From a virus: a stretch of DNA of 64,000 nucleotides. Location: positions 1 to 64,000 of IMG/VR virus record IMGVR_UViG_3300009503_000019; one strand, written 5' to 3'. A program made the translations under genes and the position numbers. Under the pieces are notes generated by a model. The model made no database searches. It saw only the letters and a list, made by a program, of their open reading frames with translations, and was not told where the DNA came from. Shown here piece after piece: positions 55,791 to 64,000 of the stretch; position 1 is the stretch's first letter, and every line of letters begins with the position of its first letter.

Positions 55791-56983
55791 TAAAAACTAT
55801 AACAATACCTTATCAAGATAAAGAAGGATTAAGAATTTCTGTTGTTAATAAAAAATGTCTCCATAAACTTGCGAGTGATTCTTTATCCCAAGAATTAGAT
55901 AAATTCTTATCTAATGAGCCTCCGCGTAAAAATGAATCTTATATTTTGATTAATGCATTAGGTGCAGGAGAAATATGGGGTCCTAATAATCGTGGTGATT
56001 ATTTTCCCGAATCTCAATTGAATGTGGAAAATCCCACATATGGATATAAAACTTTTGAAGTTTATGGAAATTTTTATCAACATCATGAAAATAAAGTTTT
56101 TGCAAATCGCATTGGTTATGTGAAAAAAGCAATATGGGTAGATGATTTAAAAAAAGTTTATCTTATTGTTTCTGCAGGAAGAATGTATGGTCCAATTTCA
56201 GAAAAAATTGTTATTGATATTGAATCTGGAAAACCAGTTGCTACATCCATGGGATGTCGTGTTCCATACGAAGTATGTTCTTTATGTTTAAAAAAAATTA
56301 CATCATTTCCAGAGAGGTGTGAACATCTTAAGTATCACATGAATGAAATCCTTGACGATGGCCAGCAAATATTTGCTATAAACTATTATCCCTTATTTTT
56401 TGATATATCTGCAGTATATTCTCCTGCAGATCAAACTTCTTATGTACTTGCAAAAGTTGCTTCTGATAAAGTTGCAGATATGGAAAAAAGGTTCCCTGCA
56501 TTGACTTTGCCTTTATCTGTGGATGAAGAAACTTATAGGAAAGCTGCTCTAATTCGTATGTTAAGACAGAGAGAACCATTTTTACATGAATTAGAATATA
56601 TGCATGATTATTTTGATCCAAGAGAATTATTATCAGCATTAACTCTTGGTGGAATTGCACTTTCTCCTTATGAATTCAATAAATATTTTGGTAAATTTCC
56701 TGGATTTACTGAAGAAATCAGTCCAAATTTACTAAGTATTATTCCACAATTAGCAGAAAAAAGATCAATATTTAAACCATATGTTCAAAAAAGAATAACA
56801 ATAATAATTCAAGGAGCTCCTCAGCCTCCTGCTGAAACTACAAGAGAGTATTTGAAATATAAATTATTCTTAAAACAAATACTACCATTTATTCTGGAGA
56901 AGTTTAGAGAATTATTATCAATAATAGATGCGGAAATGGTTGGAATTGACCCTGAATTATTAGATTATTATCTGGAGATGTAA
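55787..56983 (+). CDS. Probable prohead (maturation) serine protease with Zn insert
   Basis: YQHH, ATSMG, CSLC..CEH, FFDISAVYSPAD align to HK97/herpes-type protease motifs. Confidence 0.7.
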   Translation: MIKTITIPYQDKEGLRISVVNKKCLHKLASDSLSQELDKFLSNEPPRKNESYILINALGAGEIWGPNNRGDYFPESQLNVENPTYGYKTFEVYGNFYQHHENKVFANRIGYVKKAIWVDDLKKVYLIVSAGRMYGPISEKIVIDIESGKPVATSMGCRVPYEVCSLCLKKITSFPERCEHLKYHMNEILDDGQQIFAINYYPLFFDISAVYSPADQTSYVLAKVASDKVADMEKRFPALTLPLSVDEETYRKAALIRMLRQREPFLHELEYMHDYFDPRELLSALTLGGIALSPYEFNKYFGKFPGFTEEISPNLLSIIPQLAEKRSIFKPYVQKRITIIIQGAPQPPAETTREYLKYKLFLKQILPFILEKFRELLSIIDAEMVGIDPELLDYYLEM

Positions 56984-56986
56984 AAA

Positions 56987-57340
56987 ATGGAAGATTTAAT
57001 TTTACAAGCATTAATCAAAGAAGCAGCTGCTGAAAAATTATTAGAAGAAGCAGAATTATTAAAAATTGCAGCAGAACAATTGTCTGCTCCCCCTAAACCA
57101 GAATTACCATGGTCTTATAGACATCCTGTATTAGCGAATGCTTCAGCATTAGCGACTATGGGGCTATTGGCGGCATCTCCATTCGCAATTCGAAAATTTA
57201 TAACAAAAGAACCTGAAGAAGCATGGGGATTGCTTGCTAGTGGGCTTCTTGCAGGTGTTGTAATCGGAGGGTTACGTGGACATCTCCAATCTCGCGAATT
57301 GGAAAGATATAAAAGAATGAAAAAATTAGGAATAACATGA
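56987..57340 (+). CDS. KEAA-leader Gly-zipper protein
   Basis: ALIKEAAAEKLLEEAELLKIA; two hydrophobic helices. Confidence 0.75.
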   Translation: MEDLILQALIKEAAAEKLLEEAELLKIAAEQLSAPPKPELPWSYRHPVLANASALATMGLLAASPFAIRKFITKEPEEAWGLLASGLLAGVVIGGLRGHLQSRELERYKRMKKLGIT

Positions 57341-57394
57341 GAAATTTGCTTTTTAAATTTTTTTTGATATCATTATCAAAAATGGAGGTTTGCG

Positions 57395-57880
57395 ATGTAT
57401 TACTTAGAAGACTTAATCGAAGAGGCAATGCTTAAAGAAGCCGCGGCACTAGAACTTCTAGAAGAAAGTGATTATCTATATAAACTTGCAGCGGCTGAAG
57501 CTAAAGCAGAAGAAGAGGAAGAATTAGCGGATGAAGAACCTACTGAAGAGGAACTTGAGGAAGAAGAGGAAGAAAAAAAGGCATTTGGAGGTCTAATGAG
57601 AGCTCTTAAATTACGATTACTCAGTAGATTAGCTCCGGATGTAGAAACTTTTGCAGAAGCTTTAGGTCGACGTGCCGCTAGAAGAATGGGTCCAGAACAG
57701 TTTAGGGCATTAGGGATGAGAGAAATTGGTGAAGCTTTAGGCAGACCTGCGAGAACGATAGGAAGAGAATCCTGGTGGTCTAGATACGGTGCTCCTATAG
57801 GAATTGGACTAGGTGGTGTTGGAGCGGGATTAGGTGCAGCAGCTCTTATAGATTTATTATCAAAACCACGTGGATTATAA
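57395..57880 (+). CDS. KEAA-leader Gly-zipper protein
   Basis: AMLKEAAALELLEESDYLYKLA; poly-Glu, Arg-rich segment, GIGLGGVGAGLG. Confidence 0.8.
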   Translation: MYYLEDLIEEAMLKEAAALELLEESDYLYKLAAAEAKAEEEEELADEEPTEEELEEEEEEKKAFGGLMRALKLRLLSRLAPDVETFAEALGRRAARRMGPEQFRALGMREIGEALGRPARTIGRESWWSRYGAPIGIGLGGVGAGLGAAALIDLLSKPRGL

Positions 57881-57900
57881 TATTGATAATTCATTTAAAG

Positions 57901-57929
57901 TTGACAAAAGATTTTTTTTATATTAAAAT
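57901..57929 (+). promoter_or_regulatory. Sigma70-type promoter (SD-led)
   Basis: TTGACA-17-TAAAAT; AAGGAGG before the ATG at 57961. Confidence 0.75.
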
Positions 57930-57960
57930 TGACAACAATAAAATTTAAGGAGGTTAAAAA

Positions 57961-58794
57961 ATGGCCGGAATAGATGAGCTTATAAGGACAATTTTATCCG
58001 AAGGTGATGCTGAACTTCAGAAACTTGCTGAAGACTTAAATACAGAATTACTCGCTCAGAAAAAAAATGAAGAAAAAATTCTGAAATCTTATGAGAAGCA
58101 GGGACAAGCATTTGCAAGAGGATTTATCAATGAACTTCGTAAAAGAGGATTTGGTAAACTTGCTCAGGGAATAGTTTCTCCTGCAGTTACGCCTGAATCA
58201 AATGTTGAAAAACAACCTGAGCCTGCCGCTCCAACAGTGAATGAACCTACGGGTGAAGCTCCAGAAGATGTTGGAGAAGCAATAGAAACAATGATTGCAG
58301 CACCAGAAGCTGCATCGGATGTTGCGGGAGAGAATGTAACTGCAATAGAAGGACAGATGGAAACAACTCCTGGTGGAGAAACTCAACCAGTCGATGAGGC
58401 TGCTCTTGATGCATTAAATACTCTTATTCAAGGTGCTGTATCACAAAGTCCAGAAGCCGCATCTGCTGTTGCATCTACATCGCCATCTGCAGAACAACAG
58501 GCGCAGTCTCGAACTTCTAGCATAGAAGCTGCTCTTAGCGATCTAGCTTCTCAACTTGAAGTTACTTCTCAAGCCACTACACCGGAAGAAGTTATAGACC
58601 AAGCAATAGGAGAAGGAGAATCTGCACCTTCTTCAGAAGCTGCACCAGCCACACCAACCGGAGGATTAATAATGGATCCTACAACTGGATTATTGGTTAA
58701 CCCTGCTACTGGCGAAGCTTATGATCCACTAACTGGAATGCCTGTAGAAGCATCATTCTATGATCCTTGGTTGTACCCATTTTATGAATATTAA
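57961..58794 (+). CDS. Acidic Ala/Pro-rich scaffold-like protein
   Basis: QKLA and GKLA motifs; low-complexity body. Confidence 0.6.
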   Translation: MAGIDELIRTILSEGDAELQKLAEDLNTELLAQKKNEEKILKSYEKQGQAFARGFINELRKRGFGKLAQGIVSPAVTPESNVEKQPEPAAPTVNEPTGEAPEDVGEAIETMIAAPEAASDVAGENVTAIEGQMETTPGGETQPVDEAALDALNTLIQGAVSQSPEAASAVASTSPSAEQQAQSRTSSIEAALSDLASQLEVTSQATTPEEVIDQAIGEGESAPSSEAAPATPTGGLIMDPTTGLLVNPATGEAYDPLTGMPVEASFYDPWLYPFYEY

Positions 58795-58815
58795 TATTAA
58801 AAATGGAGGCTAGCC

Positions 58816-59061
58816 ATGTATAGAGACGAAGCACTTTTTGAGGATCCGCTGGTAAAAATAGCGGAAAAGGAATTAAAATTTCCTACAATAACAGAATTTG
58901 AAAAAATCGCCGCTGGATATCGCTTGAAGTTAAATGCTCATGATCTTAAAACAGCACAGAAAATTGCTTCTATGATAAAATTCTTTTCAAAACATCCAAA
59001 AGTTGCTACCGTAGTTCGCGATGCGGCAACTATTGGTTTGATTAAGTCTAGAAAAAAATAA
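58816..59061 (+). CDS. Small KxA-rich protein
   Basis: KIA three times plus KVA in 81 aa. Confidence 0.65.
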   Translation: MYRDEALFEDPLVKIAEKELKFPTITEFEKIAAGYRLKLNAHDLKTAQKIASMIKFFSKHPKVATVVRDAATIGLIKSRKK

Positions 59062-59079
59062 TTTATAAGGAGGTTTAAA

Positions 59080-59430
59080 ATGATGTACTACGACGACATA
59101 AACGCTCTTTTAGAAGAGGCAATGATAAAAGAAGCAGCTGCTGAAGAGCTGCTTGCTGAAAGTGAAGAGCTTTATAAATTGGCTCAACTTGGAGAACTTT
59201 TAGGGATTCCTGCTGCAGAAGTTTTATCTCGTGCAAGACAAGAGACTGTTCCAATTACGCAACTTGTAGGATATGAAACAAGACTTACTCCTAGTGTAAC
59301 ACAAAGAATGAGAGCAGCTTTAGCAAGATTAATAAGAGCTAAGGCGTTCTTACCTACTGCAGTCGGTCTAGGAGCTCTCGGACTTGGTGCTGGAGCAGGA
59401 TATTTAGCAGCTCGTCCACGTAAGAGATAA
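59080..59430 (+). CDS. KEAA-leader Gly-zipper protein
   Basis: AMIKEAAAEELLAESEELYKLA; AVGLGALGLGAGAGYL-RPRKR. Confidence 0.8.
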   Translation: MMYYDDINALLEEAMIKEAAAEELLAESEELYKLAQLGELLGIPAAEVLSRARQETVPITQLVGYETRLTPSVTQRMRAALARLIRAKAFLPTAVGLGALGLGAGAGYLAARPRKR

Positions 59431-59439
59431 AAATAATTA

Positions 59440-59847
59440 ATGCATTCTTCTATCTTCTACACTAGAGCGTTGATGAAAAGCGCAGCAGCGGAAAAACTTC
59501 ATATTGAAAGTATATTGCTTTATAAATTGGCTGGAGAACTTTATCGCGAAGAAACAGAAGCATTATTAAAATCAATAGGAATTAATCCAGAAACTGTTGT
59601 ATATCATCCTCCTCTAGGCGAACTTTATAGACAAGAAGTTGCCCCTGTAATTCAAGCACGTCCACAAGAAATATTATCTGCCGAACAAGAGATAGCTGAA
59701 CTTCCGAAAACTATCGAAACTGCTCAACAGGCAGGTAAACTTAGAAGATTAATTAAATCCAAAGCATTCTTACCGGCGGCAGTTGGTCTCGGAGCTTTAG
59801 GACTTGGTTTAGGTGGGAGCTACTTATTATCCCATAGGAGATATTAA
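59440..59847 (+). CDS. KSAA-leader Gly-zipper protein
   Basis: ALMKSAAAEKLHIESILLYKLA; AVGLGALGLGLGGSYL-HRRY. Confidence 0.8.
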   Translation: MHSSIFYTRALMKSAAAEKLHIESILLYKLAGELYREETEALLKSIGINPETVVYHPPLGELYRQEVAPVIQARPQEILSAEQEIAELPKTIETAQQAGKLRRLIKSKAFLPAAVGLGALGLGLGGSYLLSHRRY

Positions 59848-60458
59848 TGTATTATTCTAATTTCAATACTGATATTAATTCTTTAAAAGAATCTCTTATT
59901 CTTGATGAGCTTCAAAAGGAATTGATAAAAGAAGCACAATGGGAATGGTTAAAACAGTTAGGACGTCGTGTTTCAGGCGGTTTTGCTCGATATTTTAGAG
60001 GAGCGTCGCCTGCAATTAGAACATCCGCAGAGGAAGCTGCACGACAAAGAGAATTATATGAACATTTCATAAGAGGTCTTCCTGGAGCAGAAGCAACTCG
60101 TAAAGGACGGATAGGACGTGCTTTTGAAAAAGCAAAAGGATTACTACGACGAAAACAAAAAGTTCCAGAAGCTCCGGCAGCAAAAGGACCAGGTGAACGT
60201 TATTGGGGAGAGGTTGCACCTGTGATTCAACCACGTCCTGCGGAGAGAATTGAAGAAGCATTTGAAACTGCATTAGCTAGAGAGACTGCAACTCAGCCTA
60301 CTGCAACAGAAGTGGCTCAAACTGTGACTCAAACTGCTCCAGTAGCAGAAACTACTCAAGGTCGAAGATGGATTGGTCCAGCAATTGTTGGTGGTGGATT
60401 GGCAGCAGGTGGATTATTAGGATATGGTTTAAGTAGAAGAAGGAGAGAAGAAGAATGA
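59847..60458 (+). CDS. KEA-leader Arg-rich Gly-zipper protein
   Basis: LIKEA; EVAPVIQ.RP shared with the previous gene; GGGLAAGGLLGYG-RRRR. Confidence 0.75.
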   Translation: MYYSNFNTDINSLKESLILDELQKELIKEAQWEWLKQLGRRVSGGFARYFRGASPAIRTSAEEAARQRELYEHFIRGLPGAEATRKGRIGRAFEKAKGLLRRKQKVPEAPAAKGPGERYWGEVAPVIQPRPAERIEEAFETALARETATQPTATEVAQTVTQTAPVAETTQGRRWIGPAIVGGGLAAGGLLGYGLSRRRREEE

Positions 60459-60730
60459 TGCCTTATAGAGATTTAATTTTTGAGGCAATGTTAAAAGAAG
60501 CGGCAGCATACGAACTTCTGAGAGAAAGTAATTATTTGTATAAACTCGCAGGTGGATTCTGGGCTAGAGCTGGCGAATACTTATCAAAAGTTCCAGAATA
60601 CTGGCAGAAATTCAGAACTTCTAAATATTTCTGGCCTACTGTTGCAGGTGTTGGGGGATTAACCGTTGGTGGACTAGGTGGTGCAGTGTATGGACTCAGT
60701 AGACCCAGGAAACGATATATTGAAGAATAA
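60455..60730 (+). CDS. KEAA-leader Gly-zipper protein
   Basis: AMLKEAAAYELLRESNYLYKLA; GVGGLTVGGLGG-RPRKR. Confidence 0.8.
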   Translation: MMPYRDLIFEAMLKEAAAYELLRESNYLYKLAGGFWARAGEYLSKVPEYWQKFRTSKYFWPTVAGVGGLTVGGLGGAVYGLSRPRKRYIEE

Positions 60731-60749
60731 AATTAAGGAGGTTTAAAAA

Positions 60750-61127
60750 ATGTACTACGATGAGTTTGATCTTTTGATAGAATTAGAGAAAGAAGCAGCT
60801 TTAGAAAAAATAGCACAAGGTAAACTTAGATCAGTTTTACGCAAAATTCCATTGCTTGGTAGATTAGTAAAAGCCCCGCCTCGTCCTTTAACCAGAACAG
60901 AAAGATTAGCTGCAAGATTGGGGGCATTTGCAACAAGACATCCATATCTTTCTTTAGGAATTCCAGCAGCTGGATTAGGCCTTGGTGTAGCAGGTGGATA
61001 TCTTCTTGGTAGCAGAATGGGAGGTATTGGATTAGCAGCGGGTCAAGAACCTCTTACAACTGAATTAGCAGCTGATCAGGAACCTCTTACAATAGAGGAT
61101 TTGGGATATTATCTCGGTGAGATTTAA
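60750..61127 (+). CDS. KEAA-leader Gly-zipper protein
   Basis: LEKEAALEKIA; GLGLGVAGGYLLG; internal LAA.QEPLT duplication. Confidence 0.75.
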   Translation: MYYDEFDLLIELEKEAALEKIAQGKLRSVLRKIPLLGRLVKAPPRPLTRTERLAARLGAFATRHPYLSLGIPAAGLGLGVAGGYLLGSRMGGIGLAAGQEPLTTELAADQEPLTIEDLGYYLGEI

Positions 61128-61588
61128 TGATAGTTCCTAAGAGAATAAATAAATATTCTCATATCGCTCTTCTCAAAAAAATTGCACAAGCAGCGGAGAC
61201 TGCAACAATAACAACAGAAAAAGCATTGAAGAAACCTACACCTCAAATATCACATCCTAAAATTTCGCAGCAAAAACCATCTGCTCAGAAGAAATTTGAA
61301 AAGATGGGTTCATTCGAGAATATTGCTATTAAATATGCTAATTTCTTGAATAAAGTTGGTTCTTCTATATTACCCACATTAAATATCAATATTGACAATG
61401 AAATGAAAAAAGAAGCGATTAAATGGTGGCCCTGGATGAAACGATTGGGATTACTTGGAGCAGGATATTATCTTGGATATAGATCCGCAAAGAGCAAATA
61501 TGGTCCGCAGCCCCCACCAGAAATGGCGAATCCCCTTGAAAGTGGTTATTTTCTTACACCTGAAATGGAATATGGAGGTATGAAATGA
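61127..61588 (+). CDS. KxA protein with short Gly-rich hydrophobic segment
   Basis: KKIA, KKEA; LGLLGAGYYLGY. Confidence 0.65.
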   Translation: MIVPKRINKYSHIALLKKIAQAAETATITTEKALKKPTPQISHPKISQQKPSAQKKFEKMGSFENIAIKYANFLNKVGSSILPTLNINIDNEMKKEAIKWWPWMKRLGLLGAGYYLGYRSAKSKYGPQPPPEMANPLESGYFLTPEMEYGGMK

Positions 61589-61917
61589 CAGGACCAGAAA
61601 AAATAAGAACTTTATTTAAAGTAGCTTCACAAGTGATAATTAAACTTGCAAATGAGAATAAACAATTGAAAGCTAAATTAGATTATTATGAGAAAAGGGC
61701 TAAAGCGGAGAAAATAGTGGATAAATTGATTCGTGCTGGGCATCTTTCAGAATTTCAAAAAGAAGCAAAGATAAATGAATTGATGAAAGATGATCTCAAA
61801 GCATGGGAAAAAGCAGCTTCTTTAGTATCGACAATGACTTCGTTAGGAGAAACCGTATCTCCAGTTCAATCAAATGATGCAGAAAATGAACTCATTAAAG
61901 CTTTATTGAGTTCGTAA
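61585..61917 (+). CDS. Probable capsid scaffold (coiled coil)
   Basis: Heptad repeats with KVA, KLA, KRA, KAA; upstream of decoration and MCP genes. Confidence 0.6.
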   Translation: MTGPEKIRTLFKVASQVIIKLANENKQLKAKLDYYEKRAKAEKIVDKLIRAGHLSEFQKEAKINELMKDDLKAWEKAASLVSTMTSLGETVSPVQSNDAENELIKALLSS

Positions 61918-61938
61918 AAAAAAGAAGGAGGTTAAAAT

Positions 61939-62355
61939 ATGGCGCTGACAGAACTAAAACTGAGACTTTTAAAAGCAGCAATAGGTGTTACCGAAGAAAA
62001 GGTGAGTTTAAGTACAGCATTTAATGAAGGTATGGCTCTGGTATATGATGCAACTGCCGGAGCCTGGAAAGCAGGTAATGCAACTGATGGAAAGGTTCCA
62101 CTCAGAGTAGTCTATTTTGGCTATGCATCAGATCGACCGGATGTTATGCAACTCGGGCAGTGTAAAACAATTGCCGCTCCATGCGTGATAACCGTTAGTG
62201 TAGACAACGTTATAACTGCAACTGGTAGAATTCCAACTGCAGGAAGTGGAATTATCATAACTGGTGGTAAATATGCAGCTGTGAGTGGTACTGAAGTTCC
62301 ATGTGGAATGTGCCTCGGCGTGAAAGGCGATGAATACGAGATTGAACTCTATTAA
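61939..62355 (+). CDS. Probable capsid decoration/cement protein
   Basis: 138-aa beta-rich protein directly before MCP. Confidence 0.6.
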   Translation: MALTELKLRLLKAAIGVTEEKVSLSTAFNEGMALVYDATAGAWKAGNATDGKVPLRVVYFGYASDRPDVMQLGQCKTIAAPCVITVSVDNVITATGRIPTAGSGIIITGGKYAAVSGTEVPCGMCLGVKGDEYEIELY

Positions 62356-62367
62356 GGAGGTGAAACA

Positions 62368-63339
62368 ATGTACGGAAATACAATGAGATTATTCTTAAAT
62401 AAATTAGACACAGGTTTATCAAAAGAGGCACAAGGAGCCCTTGCAACAGTAATAAGAAGAAAAGTTCGTGAAAGAGGTATATCTCCAAGAGTTATTCCTT
62501 TTGAAACAATAAGTCCAGGAGATGTGAGAATTCAGAGAGATCTTGATAGAGATATTATCTATTTTGTTGGTGAAAAAGAAGCTGATTCTTATGCAATGGT
62601 TCTTACTCTTGAAGGTAAACCCGGTATAATTGAGCCCAGAGGTACAAGATTTAGGGTTGATTTCTATCAGTTTGCAACTCCGAAAGTCAAAAAGCATGAA
62701 ATCAATCTTCTTTCCTATACATATTCATTTGAAAAATGGTTAGAAGAAAATGTTGTATATGATATTGAAGAAGCTTACGATACCAAATTCTTAACACTTG
62801 CTTTGAGATCGGCTGAAACGACAAATCAGATTGTTCAAACTACAAGTGCAAAATTTACACTTAATGATTTAATTGATCTTCAAAAAGTATTAACTCAAAC
62901 AAAGAAGGCTTCTGATGCTAATATTGTAGTTATGAATAAAACTACATTCCTTGAGTTCTTATCACAGGGTACAACAGTATTCGGTGATGTTCTGCAGAAG
63001 GAAATTGTAATCAATGGATACAAATATCAAACTCTACTTGATACTGCATTTGTCGTAACTGAAAATAATGTTGTCGTTCCTCCAGGAATAGTTTATGCAT
63101 TTGCAAAACCTCAGTATCTTGGTGTAGTTCCAGTTCTTCATGATATAAAATTTTTCATCAAGAAAGAAGGACCAGAAGTTGAATGGAATACATGGTCAAT
63201 ACTCGGAATGAACATTGCTAATGCTTATGGGGTTGCGGTTTTAATTTATGGCTCTAAAGGTTGGTCTGTTAAAAATGGTAAAATCACATATACAGTAGAC
63301 ACTGTTGATTACACCGAACCACCATATCCTGAGAAGTAA
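62368..63339 (+). CDS. Major capsid protein (HK97-like)
   Basis: Size, strong RBS, followed by a terminator, position after scaffold/decoration; SKEA at residues 18-21. Confidence 0.8.
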   Translation: MYGNTMRLFLNKLDTGLSKEAQGALATVIRRKVRERGISPRVIPFETISPGDVRIQRDLDRDIIYFVGEKEADSYAMVLTLEGKPGIIEPRGTRFRVDFYQFATPKVKKHEINLLSYTYSFEKWLEENVVYDIEEAYDTKFLTLALRSAETTNQIVQTTSAKFTLNDLIDLQKVLTQTKKASDANIVVMNKTTFLEFLSQGTTVFGDVLQKEIVINGYKYQTLLDTAFVVTENNVVVPPGIVYAFAKPQYLGVVPVLHDIKFFIKKEGPEVEWNTWSILGMNIANAYGVAVLIYGSKGWSVKNGKITYTVDTVDYTEPPYPEK

Positions 63340-63362
63340 ATTGTTGTTCTTTTGTATAATTG

Positions 63363-63390
63363 AAGGAGGGGTAAATCCCCTCCTTTTTTT
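63363..63390 (+). terminator. Intrinsic terminator after MCP
   Basis: AAGGAGGGG-taaat-CCCCTCCTT followed by a T-run. Confidence 0.9.
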
Positions 63391-63417
63391 CTTTTTAAAC
63401 AAAAATAGGAGGTAACA

Positions 63418-63786
63418 ATGGCAATAAAAATACAAAGTGCAGTAAAATATTTAATATCATTAGGGGAAATAATTTTTAATCCTGGAATAATTTATGAACT
63501 TTCAGACGAATTTTATAATAAACATAAAGATGTACTGGATAATCTTGTTAAGAATGGGTTATTAAAAAGAATAGATATACCAGATATTCCTTCAGCATCA
63601 TCTGAGACTGATGAATCATCTAAAGAGGAACCAAAAGTTGAAATAGAAACTAAAGTAGAAGAGAAAAAAGAAGAAGAATCTATACCTAAATTAGAAGTGG
63701 ATGCAGAAGTTGTAGATGAAGTTGCAAATCTTTCTGTTGAGGAAGATTCTTCAAAAAGAAGAGGAAGAAGAAAAAAGGCGGATTAA
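63418..63786 (+). CDS. Small head-associated protein with acidic tail
   Basis: GGAGG RBS; Glu-rich C-half, basic end. Confidence 0.65.
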   Translation: MAIKIQSAVKYLISLGEIIFNPGIIYELSDEFYNKHKDVLDNLVKNGLLKRIDIPDIPSASSETDESSKEEPKVEIETKVEEKKEEESIPKLEVDAEVVDEVANLSVEEDSSKRRGRRKKAD

Positions 63787-63841
63787 CATGTATAATTATT
63801 TTCTAATACAATTTTCAATATTATGAAATAAGGAGGTTAGC

Positions 63842-64000
63842 ATGTATAATTATTTTCTAGCACAAGCTTTAATTAAAGAAGCAACGGCGTTAGAGCTTTT
63901 AAGGGAAGCGCGATTATTAAAATTAGCTGCTCGTGAAAGTTCTCTAACTCCTGAAGAAAAACTTCGTCTAATAGGACGTGGTGCATTATATGGAGGCCTA
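63842..64000 (+). CDS. KEA-leader family protein, 3'-partial, missing from ORF track
   Basis: AAGGAGG RBS; MYNYFLAQALIKEATALELLREARLLKLAARESS... Confidence 0.75.
   Translation, partial: MYNYFLAQALIKEATALELLREARLLKLAARESSLTPEEKLRLIGRGALYGGL

Noticed and set aside
2306-63435. Many 60-190-aa ORF-track entries antisense to or nested in real genes (e.g. 2306, 5145, 10586, 12973, 15816, 23103, 38501, 42433, 57472)
   Set aside because: No RBS or promoter, biased composition, and fully explained as shadows of well-supported opposite-strand genes.
1-64000. Stop-codon reassignment
   Set aside because: The standard code gives long contiguous ORFs, and TAA, TGA and TAG all end well-supported genes.

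Overview
AT-rich 64-kb segment of a large tailed bacteriophage genome, probably a myovirus of a Shine-Dalgarno (SD)-using, possibly thermophilic bacterium. It encodes a single-chain fused beta-beta' RNA polymerase (2498 aa) with a 501-aa atypical LAGLIDADG intein directly after the catalytic NADFDGD motif, and a sigma-70-type factor. Morphogenesis genes include portal, large terminase, prohead protease, scaffold, decoration and major capsid proteins, a gpV-type spike and tail/baseplate proteins. Accessory genes include lysis enzymes, a glycosyltransferase, a pyruvoyl arginine decarboxylase, a 5'-truncated TnpB with its right end, and a probable replication-origin region. One operon joins a retron-like RT (YIDN instead of YxDD) to a Ubl/E2/E1 module and a Cas4-like nuclease. 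Non-obvious signals read from the DNA: (1) three ~65-70-nt promoter-to-hairpin RNAs built from tandem CAU + anti-SD modules; (2) about 11 operon-head genes whose ATG lies at or within ~3 nt of the predicted TSS (leaderless), which together with (1) suggests a phage translation-control system; (3) a tandem pair of covarying structured RNAs with retron msr/msd-like layout; (4) a family of head-module proteins sharing a K-x-A leader and Gly-zipper tails; (5) about 17 early paralogs sharing an N-terminal Q-x-x-I-N-x-x-I-F motif. No database searches or folding programs were run. Family names come from recalled motifs, and TSSs are inferred from promoter spacing only.
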